Shown piece by piece: positions 1 to 8,031 of a stretch of DNA of 29,385 nt (position 1 is its first letter; the number at the start of each line of letters is the position of its first letter). The notes under the pieces were generated by a model. It ran no database searches. It was not told the origin of the DNA and saw only the letters and a program-made list of their open reading frames with translations. The stretch is taken from assembly GCA_036171555.1 (NCBI GenBank), contig JAVHRH010000069.1:1-29385 (forward strand), given 5' to 3'. The translations under genes and the position numbers were made by a program. The DNA is from Parcubacteria group bacterium. GTDB lineage: Bacteria; Patescibacteriota; Minisyncoccia; Minisyncoccales; JAVHRH01.

Positions 1-295
1 GGGAAGAAAAAATATAACCAAGTGGAATTAAATTGGCAACGTACATGCCCGCCACCAAAAAATGAAAATCATCTCTTTCACCGTGGTTTTTATCCAAATA
101 TTTGGCGATAAAAGGCTGAATAATTGATTTTGTCAGCCAATAGGCGGTCGCCACAAACCCCACCATTTCCAAATTGCCGCCCTGGATTTGTTTGGTTAAA
201 AAAATGGCGAAAATGGGACCGATTAATCCCCAACCGGACTGCAACAGGAAGTCAGACATGATCAAGGTTTTAATGACTTTATTGATGTTAACCAT
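1..295 (-). CDS. MFS-type transporter, N-terminal part (runs off the window)
   Basis: Manual translation from ATG at 295: MVNINKVIKTLIMSDFLLQSGWGLIGPIFAIFLTKQIQGGNLEMVGFVATAYWLTKSIIQPFIAKYLDKNHGERDDFHFLVAGMYVANLIPLGYIFSS. Alternating hydrophobic helices and an MFS-like loop 2-3 (QPFIAKYLDK). Not in the ORF track. Confidence 0.7.
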   Translation of the reverse strand, partial: MVNINKVIKTLIMSDFLLQSGWGLIGPIFAIFLTKQIQGGNLEMVGFVATAYWLTKSIIQPFIAKYLDKNHGERDDFHFLVAGMYVANLIPLGYIFSS

Positions 296-296
296 A

Positions 297-353
297 TAGC
301 AAGCTTTCGCTACGCGAAAGCGCAGCTGGAAAAGAGGATTTATCCTCTTTGAC
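297..353 (+). repeat. Double-hairpin REP-like element, copy A1
   Basis: tagcaagctttcgc-tac-gcgaaagcgcagctggaaaagaggat-tt-atcctctttgac; near-identical copies at 1409-1465 (inverted) and 3640-3692. Confidence 0.85.
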
Positions 354-366
354 CGTTAATTATTAA

Positions 367-1380
367 TTATCTTTTTGGCGCAATTTTTTGAAAAAATTTT
401 TTAATATTGTCAGAAAAAATTTCAAAGCTCAATTTGATTAAGATGATAATGCCAACCAAAGAAATAACGATTTCGGCTCCTCTCAGAAGAAAACTGAAGG
501 TAACCCCAACCGCCGCTCCCAAACCAAAAGAACTAAAAACAAAAGCTTCGGCAACGTCTAAGCTGCCAAAACCAGCTGGCGTCGGAAAGCTATAAGCCAG
601 GTAAAGGAAAGACATCAAAGACAAAGCAATCAGAAGGCTGACTTGATGCGTTAAGAAAAACATCAGCAGCCAGCAGCGGAAAAAGATTAAAAAATATCTT
701 AAAAAGGCTATGCCTAATCCTTGCCACATGGTTTTTTTCTTAAATTCAAAAAAAGTAAAAATTTCCCTTTCAATCTCCTGAGTTATATGGCCGTCTTTTA
801 TTTCTTTGCCGAAAAAACGCCAAATTAGCTTAAAAATGCTCTCTTTTCGGAACGATTTAAAATAGAAAACAAATAAGCCTAAACTCAAGGCGCCAATAAT
901 AACGGCGGCAGCTAAAGCCACCTGGCGAGGCAAAGTGTGGTTTAGAAGAAGAAAGGACAGGAAACCGCCGATTAGAAAGAACCAAGCCACACTGGCACTG
1001 AGCATTTTTTCAATGATAACGGCAGCACAATTTTTCCCCCAAGGAATATTAGTCTTTTTATGCAAAGCATACGTTCTAAAACCCTCGCCGCCAAAAATAG
1101 CGGTGGGGGTCAGTAAATAGGTGATGGCGTTGCTGGAAAAAACAATTCTTAATAAGGTTTTTTTAGAATAATCACTCCCTTGAGAATGCAAAACAAATTG
1201 CCACTTCCAAAGACCAACTAACCAAATTATAAGAGTAACGAGAAGAATAATTAAACTTTCCTGACCTGAAAAACTAAAGATAATTTTTTTTACCTGTTCC
1301 CAACCAACCAGATTCAAAACCCACACAAACATGCCTATACCGACTAGAAAAGAAAGCAGAAAAAATAAAATCTTTTTCAT
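367..1380 (-). CDS. Lysylphosphatidylglycerol-synthase TM / flippase-like membrane protein (UPF0104 type)
   Basis: 337 aa polytopic protein with RW-like LWKW, TP..GGEG.R and P.PAGFG..E motifs typical of the family. Confidence 0.75.
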   Translation of the reverse strand: MKKILFFLLSFLVGIGMFVWVLNLVGWEQVKKIIFSFSGQESLIILLVTLIIWLVGLWKWQFVLHSQGSDYSKKTLLRIVFSSNAITYLLTPTAIFGGEGFRTYALHKKTNIPWGKNCAAVIIEKMLSASVAWFFLIGGFLSFLLLNHTLPRQVALAAAVIIGALSLGLFVFYFKSFRKESIFKLIWRFFGKEIKDGHITQEIEREIFTFFEFKKKTMWQGLGIAFLRYFLIFFRCWLLMFFLTHQVSLLIALSLMSFLYLAYSFPTPAGFGSLDVAEAFVFSSFGLGAAVGVTFSFLLRGAEIVISLVGIIILIKLSFEIFSDNIKKFFQKIAPKR

Positions 1381-1386
1381 GATTAT

Positions 1387-2202
1387 TTAGTGGGTATTAA
1401 CATAATTAGTCAAAGAGGATAAATCCTCTTTTCCATCTGCGCTTTTGCTACGCGAAAGCTTGCTATCTAAAAAAGAAACGATTACTGAGCTGATTTTAGG
1501 CGAATTCCAGGAATAGTCATGGCCATTAATTTGAAAAACTTGTGAAAAAGAAATGTTTTGTTCGTTTAATTTAGCCCAAAACCATTTAAAAGGTGCTGCT
1601 AACGCGGTCGAGAGCAACGGTTTGACGTTCCCCTCAACCAGACTGTCTTTACCGTTATTATTCAGCTGCAGAATATTGTTTGATTTAAAATTATCCGCCC
1701 AAAATGGCGTACCGGCAGTTATCGCGTAAACCGAATTTTGCACTTTAAAAGAAAGCTTTCGGTATGTTTCGCTAACAAAATCACCGCCATTAGAAAGACC
1801 GGCTAAAATTATTTTTTTATCAGGGAAATTTTTGTTTAAAGCTTCGATTTTAGCGGCCAAGTCTTGAGAGGAATTCGAAAAAGAATTAAAGAATTCTTTC
1901 GCTCCGCTAATTTTTCCCAATAAATTTTCTCTGGTCCTTTGATAAGGCAAAACTATAGAATTATATCCTAATTGATTAAGGGTTTGTTGAATACCCTCAA
2001 CCACCGGAGCAAAATCTTTGGCTTTGTCCAGGGGCGTATTTCCCCAGCCGCCGGAATTAAAAATAATAATGACATCTTTATTCTGAACGGATTGGCTAAT
2101 TTCCGGCAATTGAAAATTATCCGGCAAAACGATGGGCCCGAAAAGAATTAATAAACCGGCTGATAAGGCTGAAAATAAAATTAAGTATTTTAATTTTTGC
2201 AT
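1387..2202 (-). CDS. Membrane-anchored alpha/beta-hydrolase-fold protein
   Basis: N-terminal hydrophobic helix, G-x-S-x-G elbow (ILAGLSNGG), later candidate Asp (KDSL) and His (GHDY). ATG 2202 preferred over TTG 2211. The last ~25 codons derive from repeat A2. Confidence 0.55.
   Translation of the reverse strand: MQKLKYLILFSALSAGLLILFGPIVLPDNFQLPEISQSVQNKDVIIIFNSGGWGNTPLDKAKDFAPVVEGIQQTLNQLGYNSIVLPYQRTRENLLGKISGAKEFFNSFSNSSQDLAAKIEALNKNFPDKKIILAGLSNGGDFVSETYRKLSFKVQNSVYAITAGTPFWADNFKSNNILQLNNNGKDSLVEGNVKPLLSTALAAPFKWFWAKLNEQNISFSQVFQINGHDYSWNSPKISSVIVSFLDSKLSRSKSADGKEDLSSLTNYVNTH
1409..1465 (-). repeat. Double-hairpin REP-like element, copy A2 (inside the CDS 3' end)
   Basis: Minus strand reads tagcaagctttcgc-gta-gcaaaagcgcagatggaaaagaggatttatcctctttgac, matching A1. 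Confidence 0.85.
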
Positions 2203-2819
2203 TCTTGACAAAATATTTTTTCAACGGTTCTGATAAAATCAAGCAGAACCGGATCGTCAATAATTTCTTTTATCCATCTCATCCAAAGCCGATGTTGAAT
2301 TTTCCCATACTTTTTCCAGTATTCCAAACCTTGCAAAAGATTTTCAGCCTTATCAGCTTGTTTCACGTACCTACCTTCTTTTGTCAGGCCATTTTCAAAA
2401 TCCAGCCAGAGATTTTTAATTTCGGCTTTTAAATCGGCGGGTAATTTTTTGATAAGCTTGTTTAAAGAATGTGATTCTAATTTAAACTTATCTTTTTGTT
2501 TTTTAATTTTTAAAGATGGAGTAAATTTCGGCCAATTTTGTAAAACTTCCATCATTTTCTTTTTGTTTTTAGGCAATAAAGGATCGTAAGGCGTCAAATC
2601 CGGGGCATAAACTTCGCATAAATCATGGACTAAAGCTAATTTAATCACTCTTTCCAGGCTCATTTTTCTTTTTCTGGCCAATAACCAAGCTAAAATCGCC
2701 ATTCTGAAAATATGTTCGGCCGTACTTTCCGGATTTTTAATTTGGTGAACCACCCAGCCTCTTCTGAATTTTCTCTTCAGTTTGCCTATTTCAATTAAAA
2801 AATTAAGGATTTCCTCCAT
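2190..2819 (-). CDS. HD-domain phosphohydrolase (YfbR/HDDC2-like 5'-deoxynucleotidase family)
   Basis: RRGW, ES.AEH.FR, ALVHDLCE and QADK motifs. Start placed at MEEIL (2819) because the track's extension runs through a terminator. Confidence 0.85.
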   Translation of the reverse strand: MEEILNFLIEIGKLKRKFRRGWVVHQIKNPESTAEHIFRMAILAWLLARKRKMSLERVIKLALVHDLCEVYAPDLTPYDPLLPKNKKKMMEVLQNWPKFTPSLKIKKQKDKFKLESHSLNKLIKKLPADLKAEIKNLWLDFENGLTKEGRYVKQADKAENLLQGLEYWKKYGKIQHRLWMRWIKEIIDDPVLLDFIRTVEKIFCQECKN

Positions 2820-2847
2820 CGACTTTACTTTATCATCTATCTGGTCA

Positions 2848-2878
2848 ACAAAAAAGAGGGGCAAAACGCCCCTCTTTT
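2848..2878 (-). terminator. Intrinsic terminator after greA
   Basis: Minus strand: aaaagaggggc-gtttt-gcccctctttt followed by more T residues. Confidence 0.75.
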
Positions 2879-2896
2879 AGCTATTAAAATGCCGTT

Positions 2897-3370
2897 CTAG
2901 CTAGAATTGTATCTTATTTTCTTTATCTTGTAAGCTGTCTGGATGGGAGAAGAAACAATAACTTTATCGCCCGCCCGATGGCCCAGCAAAGCTTTGCCTA
3001 CCGGCGATTCATTGGAAATCTTACCGACCGAAGGATTGGCCTCCAGAGAACCGACTAAGGTGAATTCATCGTTCTGACCGTCAACTTCCACCGAAACCGT
3101 CGCCCCCAGATTAATGGTATTTTGTCTTTCCTTGTTGGGGCTTTTGATAATTTCAGCATTTTTCAAAGTATTCTCCAATTCGGCCAATCTTATTTCCAAA
3201 AAGCTCAAATCTTCCTGAAAAGCCAAGTATTCGGGATTCAAATCTTCTGAATGTAAAAGCTTCGGAGATTCTCCTTTGGTTTTAGCGAGCTTTAGCTCTT
3301 TCAGATCGCGATATTCCCGTTTTAACCTTTCTAATCCTTCTTTAGTTAAATAAAACTTTTTTTCCTCCAT
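2897..3370 (-). CDS. greA: GreA/GreB-family transcription factor with a divergent coiled-coil tip
   Basis: LT.EG...L N-terminus and C-terminal LVGS.EANP...ISNESPVGKALLG...G signature. The tip reads HSEDLNPEY instead of GDLxENAEY. Confidence 0.85.
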   Translation of the reverse strand: MEEKKFYLTKEGLERLKREYRDLKELKLAKTKGESPKLLHSEDLNPEYLAFQEDLSFLEIRLAELENTLKNAEIIKSPNKERQNTINLGATVSVEVDGQNDEFTLVGSLEANPSVGKISNESPVGKALLGHRAGDKVIVSSPIQTAYKIKKIRYNSS

Positions 3371-3377
3371 GTTTTTT

Positions 3378-3402
3378 ATAAAATCCCCTGTAGCGAGGGG
3401 AC
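3378..3402 (-). terminator. Terminator-like hairpin just upstream of the greA start
   Basis: Minus strand: gtcccct-cgctac-aggggattttat, ending about 8 nt before the ATG. Confidence 0.4.
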
Positions 3403-3605
3403 TTATAGTTTTTAATTAGTGTGGCTATAAATCCTCTCAGCAAATCATTTTACCAAAAGTCAAAACCAAAATGGCGTAAGACCATTTAGCAAGATGAGGA
3501 TTATTTCTGATTTTTTCTTTACTGGTTATTATCATGTTTTAGTTTAGAAAATTAAGTAAGATGTCTTTTTTTCTTTGTTTTCTAAAGTTTCTTTCCGTAT
3601 AATCC

Positions 3606-3634
3606 ATATTAGACAAACCATGAAAGGTTGTCAA
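3606..3634 (-). promoter_or_regulatory. Sigma70-type promoter ahead of the greA leader
   Basis: TTGACA (3634-3629), 17 nt, TAATAT (3611-3606). Confidence 0.55.
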
Positions 3635-3639
3635 GTACC

Positions 3640-3714
3640 AAGCTTTCGCTACGCGAAAGCGCAGGTGGAAAAGAAGATTTATCTTCTTTGACTGCCGAAC
3701 TCCGCTACGCGGAG
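3640..3714 (+). repeat. Double-hairpin element copy A3 plus an extra ctccgc-tac-gcggag hairpin
   Basis: 3640-3692 matches A1, with a compensatory G-C to A-T pair in stem 2 (aaagaAgat..atcTtcttt). Third hairpin at 3700-3714. Confidence 0.85.
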
Positions 3715-3731
3715 CAAGCCGAAAAATAGAG

Positions 3732-4613
3732 TTACACTATCGGCGGATTCCAACCCTTAGGCGTTAGAGGCAATTCCCCGACTGAAACATCAATATGTTT
3801 TACGCCAGATTCTAATCTTATTTCTTTGGCGATGAAATTTTCAATGCTTTCCAAATTAGGCGTAACAATGCTGACTAATAAATTATATCTCCCAGAAATT
3901 TTTACTAAATGATAAACCAAAGGAGATTTTTCAAATTTTTCGATAAGTTGATTAATTGTTTTATTGTCTGCTTCAATTTCAATGTGGGCACTGACTGAAT
4001 ATACTTTTCCCATATTTAACAACCCTTGAATTTTCAAAACTCCGTCTGCTATCAATCTTTCTACACGATTTTTAATGCCGACGGGGCTTAGCCCTGTTCC
4101 TTTGGCAATTTCCACAAATGATTCTCTACCATCTTTGGAAAGAGCCTGAATAATCTTTAAATCCAATCCATCTAGTCTCTCTAAACTCCAAGGCGCATAA
4201 GCAGAATATCCTTCAACAGAAAAATCAGCTAAACCTGTTCTATCGCACAAAACAGCAAATTTTATATCTTTTATTTTTAATCTTTCTTTTTTAGCCCTCA
4301 TCGCCTCCATGGCTCTTTTATAGCTTTTGCCAGAAATTATATCATTATCAACCAACAATATTTTTCTTCCCCTAATCTTTTCCTCTGCCAACATCTTTCC
4401 GTTATCGTCCATCTGGACAAAAATAATATTTTTATTTTTGTGGCTTAACCACTGATAAAGACCTAGACCATAAATGTAGCCATCGTCTCCCAAACCAACA
4501 ATAGCTCCCTTGTCTTTTTTAAAATATTGGACAACGCTTTTGCCGATACCATCGATAAATTTTTGAATTGGCGGAAGATTATAGAGAATATTTTTCGGCA
4601 TATTTTTTAACAT
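3732..4613 (-). CDS. Lrp/AsnC transcriptional regulator with an N-terminal phosphoribosyltransferase-like domain
   Basis: Residues ~1-135 carry a PRPP-loop-like motif (KILLVDNDIISGKS). Residues ~147-293 carry an AsnC HTH (LDGLDLKIIQALSKDGRESFVEIAK..GLS..GIKNRVERL) and a RAM domain (ISGRYNLL). The start may be 4601. Confidence 0.75.
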   Translation of the reverse strand: MLKNMPKNILYNLPPIQKFIDGIGKSVVQYFKKDKGAIVGLGDDGYIYGLGLYQWLSHKNKNIIFVQMDDNGKMLAEEKIRGRKILLVDNDIISGKSYKRAMEAMRAKKERLKIKDIKFAVLCDRTGLADFSVEGYSAYAPWSLERLDGLDLKIIQALSKDGRESFVEIAKGTGLSPVGIKNRVERLIADGVLKIQGLLNMGKVYSVSAHIEIEADNKTINQLIEKFEKSPLVYHLVKISGRYNLLVSIVTPNLESIENFIAKEIRLESGVKHIDVSVGELPLTPKGWNPPIV

Positions 4614-5466
4614 AATATTTTATTAATTGATCTTTAATTTCAGGATTAGCAACCGCAATCAATAAATCAACTTTATCATGCTGCCTCCCGGGAATAAATT
4701 CGTAATCTTTATAATTGCCGTCGGAATCAACGCTAATCACCGAGCAACCGGCACATTTTGCCATCGGAAAACCGGGATCGATTTCCGAACGGGGTTCATC
4801 AAACATTACATAAGCATCAATTAAGCCCGAAGCCAAATAAGCATAAATAAATGAACCGCCCTGTGGATAAAGCAGAGATTTAGAATGCAGATTTTTTAAT
4901 AAATCTCCGAAAATATCCAAGAATTTAGAAGAGTATTGAGAGCTCATTACATAAGAGGCTAAAACAATGGGTTCAGTTATTTTTTTTCTAGATGAGGAAA
5001 AAATTTTCTTCTTCCCATTATTTTTCATATCTAATAGATAGTTTTCACCATTATTCATAATGTAAAATTTTTCATTCAAAATGTCAGCAATTCCAGTGGC
5101 AATTGGTCTTCTTTCTTTGTCATAAAAACTCAGAGCAGTGTACCAATTCTGTTCAAATCCCCTTAAAAAAAGAACTGAACCGTCAAAAGGGTCAATTGAA
5201 CCATAAATTTCAGGATTTTCTCCGCCAGTTTTAATATCTCTACCGTCCGGCTCGGAAAAAATAGTTGCTTTTAATTTGTATTTTTTAACGAGTTTTTCCG
5301 CAATTTCCTCTCCTATTCTATCAATTCCGATTTCAATATCTTCCGGCCGATTTATCACCTCACCCAAAATCTCCCGGCCCTGGCCGGCCGCAGCTCTTTT
5401 CTTGACTTCTTCTGTAGTCAAAGTTAAATAATCAATGAGTAATTTTTTAATTTTTTCCTTGTCCAT
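4579..5466 (-). CDS. Inositol monophosphatase/FBPase-family phosphatase (candidate HisN-type histidinol-phosphate phosphatase)
   Basis: Metal motifs FSE and IDPFDGS, C-terminal EIDPG; lies directly downstream of hisC. Confidence 0.75.
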   Translation of the reverse strand: MDKEKIKKLLIDYLTLTTEEVKKRAAAGQGREILGEVINRPEDIEIGIDRIGEEIAEKLVKKYKLKATIFSEPDGRDIKTGGENPEIYGSIDPFDGSVLFLRGFEQNWYTALSFYDKERRPIATGIADILNEKFYIMNNGENYLLDMKNNGKKKIFSSSRKKITEPIVLASYVMSSQYSSKFLDIFGDLLKNLHSKSLLYPQGGSFIYAYLASGLIDAYVMFDEPRSEIDPGFPMAKCAGCSVISVDSDGNYKDYEFIPGRQHDKVDLLIAVANPEIKDQLIKYYVKKYAEKYSL

Positions 5467-5486
5467 GACTTTTAATTTACACCCAA

Positions 5487-6557
5487 TTAAACCACGCTGT
5501 CAAGCATCTCGCCAAGCGCTTTAATAAGAGATCCTGTATCTTTAAGAGTGCCGATGCTGATTCTAACTGCATCTTGCCCGTCAGCGGCCGATTTGGGCCT
5601 GACCAAAATACCTTTCTCTTTCAATCTTTCTATCAATTCTTTGGGATTGGGAACTTTCAGGAGTAAGTAATTAGCTGCGCTCGGATAAAAGAAAATCCCT
5701 TTTTCTCTCAAAAAATTCTCTAGTTTAGGCTTAGATTCCTCCATAACCTCCTTAATATAAGCTTCCATATATGGAATATCAGCCAAGGCAGACAGAATGC
5801 CGATTTTGGCGAACATATTAACGTCATAAGGTCCTCTGATTTTCAGCAATTCCTGGATATTTTTTCCATTAGAAATGACATAACCCGCCCGGCTCGCCAC
5901 CAACCCAAAAGCTTTGGCGAAAGTCCTTAAAATATAAAGGTTGTCGTATCTTTCTATTAAACCCTTGGCCGTGATTTTAGCGAATTCAAAATAAGCCTCG
6001 TCGTGCAAAACAGCTATATCTTTTTCTTTCGCCTTAATTAAGATTTTTTCAATATCTTCGATGGAAATCGCACTGCCTAAAGGATTATTGGGATTGCAAA
6101 GAATAATCAATTTTACCTTTGGGTCTTCAATTAAATTAATAATTTCGGCCAAAGGCAGTTCTCCCTGTTCATTGTATCGCGGCTCTAAAATTTCGGCTCC
6201 TTGAATGCCGGCTGATTGATAGTGCATGGCAAAAGCCGGAAAAGGAATAATAACTTTATCCCCTTCGCCTAAATAAGCACGGCAGACAAGATCAATTCCC
6301 TGGTCGCCGCCATTAGTCACCATAGCTTCGTCCGCTTTTACTCCGGCATATTCGGCAATCTTTGCCTCCAAATCACCGTATTCCGGATAAACCTGTAATC
6401 TGTCTAGGTCAACAAACTTTCTCAAGGCCTCTTTGACTTTGAGGCTGGCCGGAGTCGTCCTCTCGTTGAAATCTAAAAGTAAATAATCTTTAGAACCGCG
6501 CCCTTCGAGGGGCGGTTTGTAATGACCCATTTTTTTGATTCTGTCTTTGATTGCCAT
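5487..6557 (-). CDS. hisC: Histidinol-phosphate aminotransferase
   Basis: Class I/II PLP motifs NE, TNGGDQGI, CNPNNPLG, DEAY, RTFAKAFGL..RAGY (PLP Lys), ANY, RISIG; adjacent to hisB. Confidence 0.85.
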   Translation of the reverse strand: MAIKDRIKKMGHYKPPLEGRGSKDYLLLDFNERTTPASLKVKEALRKFVDLDRLQVYPEYGDLEAKIAEYAGVKADEAMVTNGGDQGIDLVCRAYLGEGDKVIIPFPAFAMHYQSAGIQGAEILEPRYNEQGELPLAEIINLIEDPKVKLIILCNPNNPLGSAISIEDIEKILIKAKEKDIAVLHDEAYFEFAKITAKGLIERYDNLYILRTFAKAFGLVASRAGYVISNGKNIQELLKIRGPYDVNMFAKIGILSALADIPYMEAYIKEVMEESKPKLENFLREKGIFFYPSAANYLLLKVPNPKELIERLKEKGILVRPKSAADGQDAVRISIGTLKDTGSLIKALGEMLDSVV

Positions 6558-6561
6558 TTTT

Positions 6562-7152
6562 TTAAATTAAACCTTTAGTGCTTGGTAATTCTTGTAAAAT
6601 TCTTTTTTCTTTTGAACAGGCCATTTTCATGGCTTTACCGAAAGCCTTAAAGAGCGATTCGGCTTTATGGTGCTCATTTTCTCCGTATAAAATTCTGACG
6701 TGCAGGGTTGCTTCGGCATGCCTGACAAAACCCCAAAAAAATTCCTTAATTAAGTCCGAATATAAATCGCCAATTTTTTCTTTTTTGAACTGACAATCAA
6801 AATTTAAAAATGTCCTGCCGGAGATATCTGCCGACACTACCGAAAGCGCCTCATCTAAGGGAAAAACAAAATAACCGGACCGATTAATTCCTCTATTGTC
6901 GCCAAGGGCTTCTTTAAAAGCTTCGCCAAGACAAATACCAATATCTTCTACTAAATGATGCTGGTCAATTTCAATATCACCCTTAGCTTTAATCGTTAAA
7001 TTAAATAGTCCGTGTTTGGCAAAATTATTCAAAAGATGATCCAAAAAAGGAATGGAAGTGGAAATGTTTGCCTTGCCCGTTCCATCGATATTTAATTCTA
7101 TTTTTATATTGGTTTCTTTGGTTTTCCTTTGAAATAACGTTTTTCTTGACAT
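6562..7152 (-). CDS. hisB: Imidazoleglycerol-phosphate dehydratase (monofunctional)
   Basis: RKTKET, PFLDH, two HHxxE motifs (DQHHLVED, NEHHKAE), PLDEAL and terminal PSTKG. ATG 7152 follows an extended -10 box. Confidence 0.95.
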   Translation of the reverse strand: MSRKTLFQRKTKETNIKIELNIDGTGKANISTSIPFLDHLLNNFAKHGLFNLTIKAKGDIEIDQHHLVEDIGICLGEAFKEALGDNRGINRSGYFVFPLDEALSVVSADISGRTFLNFDCQFKKEKIGDLYSDLIKEFFWGFVRHAEATLHVRILYGENEHHKAESLFKAFGKAMKMACSKEKRILQELPSTKGLI

Positions 7153-7159
7153 ATGTGTT

Positions 7160-7195
7160 ATTTTATCATTATTTGACAAAAATTCAAATAATGAT
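7160..7195. promoter_or_regulatory. Divergent promoter region with a perfect 12-7-12 palindrome
   Basis: ATCATTATTTGA-caaaaat-TCAAATAATGAT (7165-7195). It overlaps the hisB extended -10 TGaTAAAAT (7168-7160, minus) and a TTGACA at 7173-7178 (plus). Confidence 0.6.
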
Positions 7196-7233
7196 GTATT
7201 GTAAAATATGTTCTTTATAGGGAGGTATTAATA

Positions 7234-8031
7234 ATGGAGAAAAAAATTCAGGCTATCTTGGTGGATATCGATGACTGTCTGCTGCCGACTGATGGCTACC
7301 CGTACATAGGCTACTTTCAGGGTCTGCAAATAATCGCCGGGTATGTGAAAAAAGCAAATGAAGGAAGATTTCCCAAAATAAGTTTTTGCACGGGACGGGA
7401 CAGGAATTACGTCGAAGCGGTTGCTTTCTCTGTCGGCCGACCCAATTCCTGGTCGGTAATTGAAAGCGGCATTGCTCTTTTCAACCCGACAACCAAAGAA
7501 CTAGTTTTAAATCCCGCCTTGACCCCAAAAGTCAAAGATGCGTTCGAAATCATTCGACAAGAAAGATTGCCGGGGATTCTCAACAGATTCACAGGACTAT
7601 TTGATTACCCAGGCAATATGATCAACATAGCCCTGGAACGCAAATTCGGGATAGATACTCCGATTGAACAGTGCTATGCCGCAGTCAGGGAAGAACTCCA
7701 AGACCTAGAAAGCCAAGGATTAGTGACTATCCGCCACAGCCGGATTGCCGTGGATATCAGTCCTCAGGGAATCGATAAGGCTTCGGGCATACGATTTCTG
7801 TCTGAAAAGACCGGAGTGCGCCCCAGCCAAATGCTGGGCATCGGAGATTCAAAAGGAGATTTCCCGATGTTAAATCTGGTCGGCTATGTCGGCTGTCCCG
7901 ATAACGCTAGCAAGGAATGCAAAGAGTTGGTCAGAAAGCGGCAAGGTCATCCTTCTCGCGCCGAATATGCTAAAGGCGTAGAAGACGTCATTAATCACTT
8001 CCGAATACATCATCTCATCGATGAGGGCTAA
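7234..8031 (+). CDS. HAD-superfamily hydrolase, subfamily IIB (Cof/SPP-like)
   Basis: Motif I VDIDDCL, motif II CTGR, motif III DKASG, motif IV GDSKGDFPML; SD AGGGAGGT at 7219-7226. Confidence 0.88.
   Translation: MEKKIQAILVDIDDCLLPTDGYPYIGYFQGLQIIAGYVKKANEGRFPKISFCTGRDRNYVEAVAFSVGRPNSWSVIESGIALFNPTTKELVLNPALTPKVKDAFEIIRQERLPGILNRFTGLFDYPGNMINIALERKFGIDTPIEQCYAAVREELQDLESQGLVTIRHSRIAVDISPQGIDKASGIRFLSEKTGVRPSQMLGIGDSKGDFPMLNLVGYVGCPDNASKECKELVRKRQGHPSRAEYAKGVEDVINHFRIHHLIDEG

Noticed and set aside
2820-2864. Track N-terminal extensions of the HD protein (also hisB 7179, EndoQ 12736, methyltransferase 16459, tsaE 29177)
   Set aside because: The extensions run through terminators, promoters, neighbouring genes or repeat C; family motifs begin at downstream ATGs.
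3431-3439. UGA read-through (genetic code 25) suggested by a TGA-ended short ORF
   Set aside because: Several clear genes (uvrB, ispH) end in TGA and long ORFs contain no internal TGA, so code 11 fits.
3519-3608. 29-codon ORF MDYTERNFRK... upstream of greA
   Set aside because: Its start codon overlaps the predicted -10 box, so it would not be on that transcript; no other support.
297-3714. A-type repeats as a CRISPR array
   Set aside because: Copies are kilobases apart, in both orientations, separated by whole genes, and there are no cas genes.
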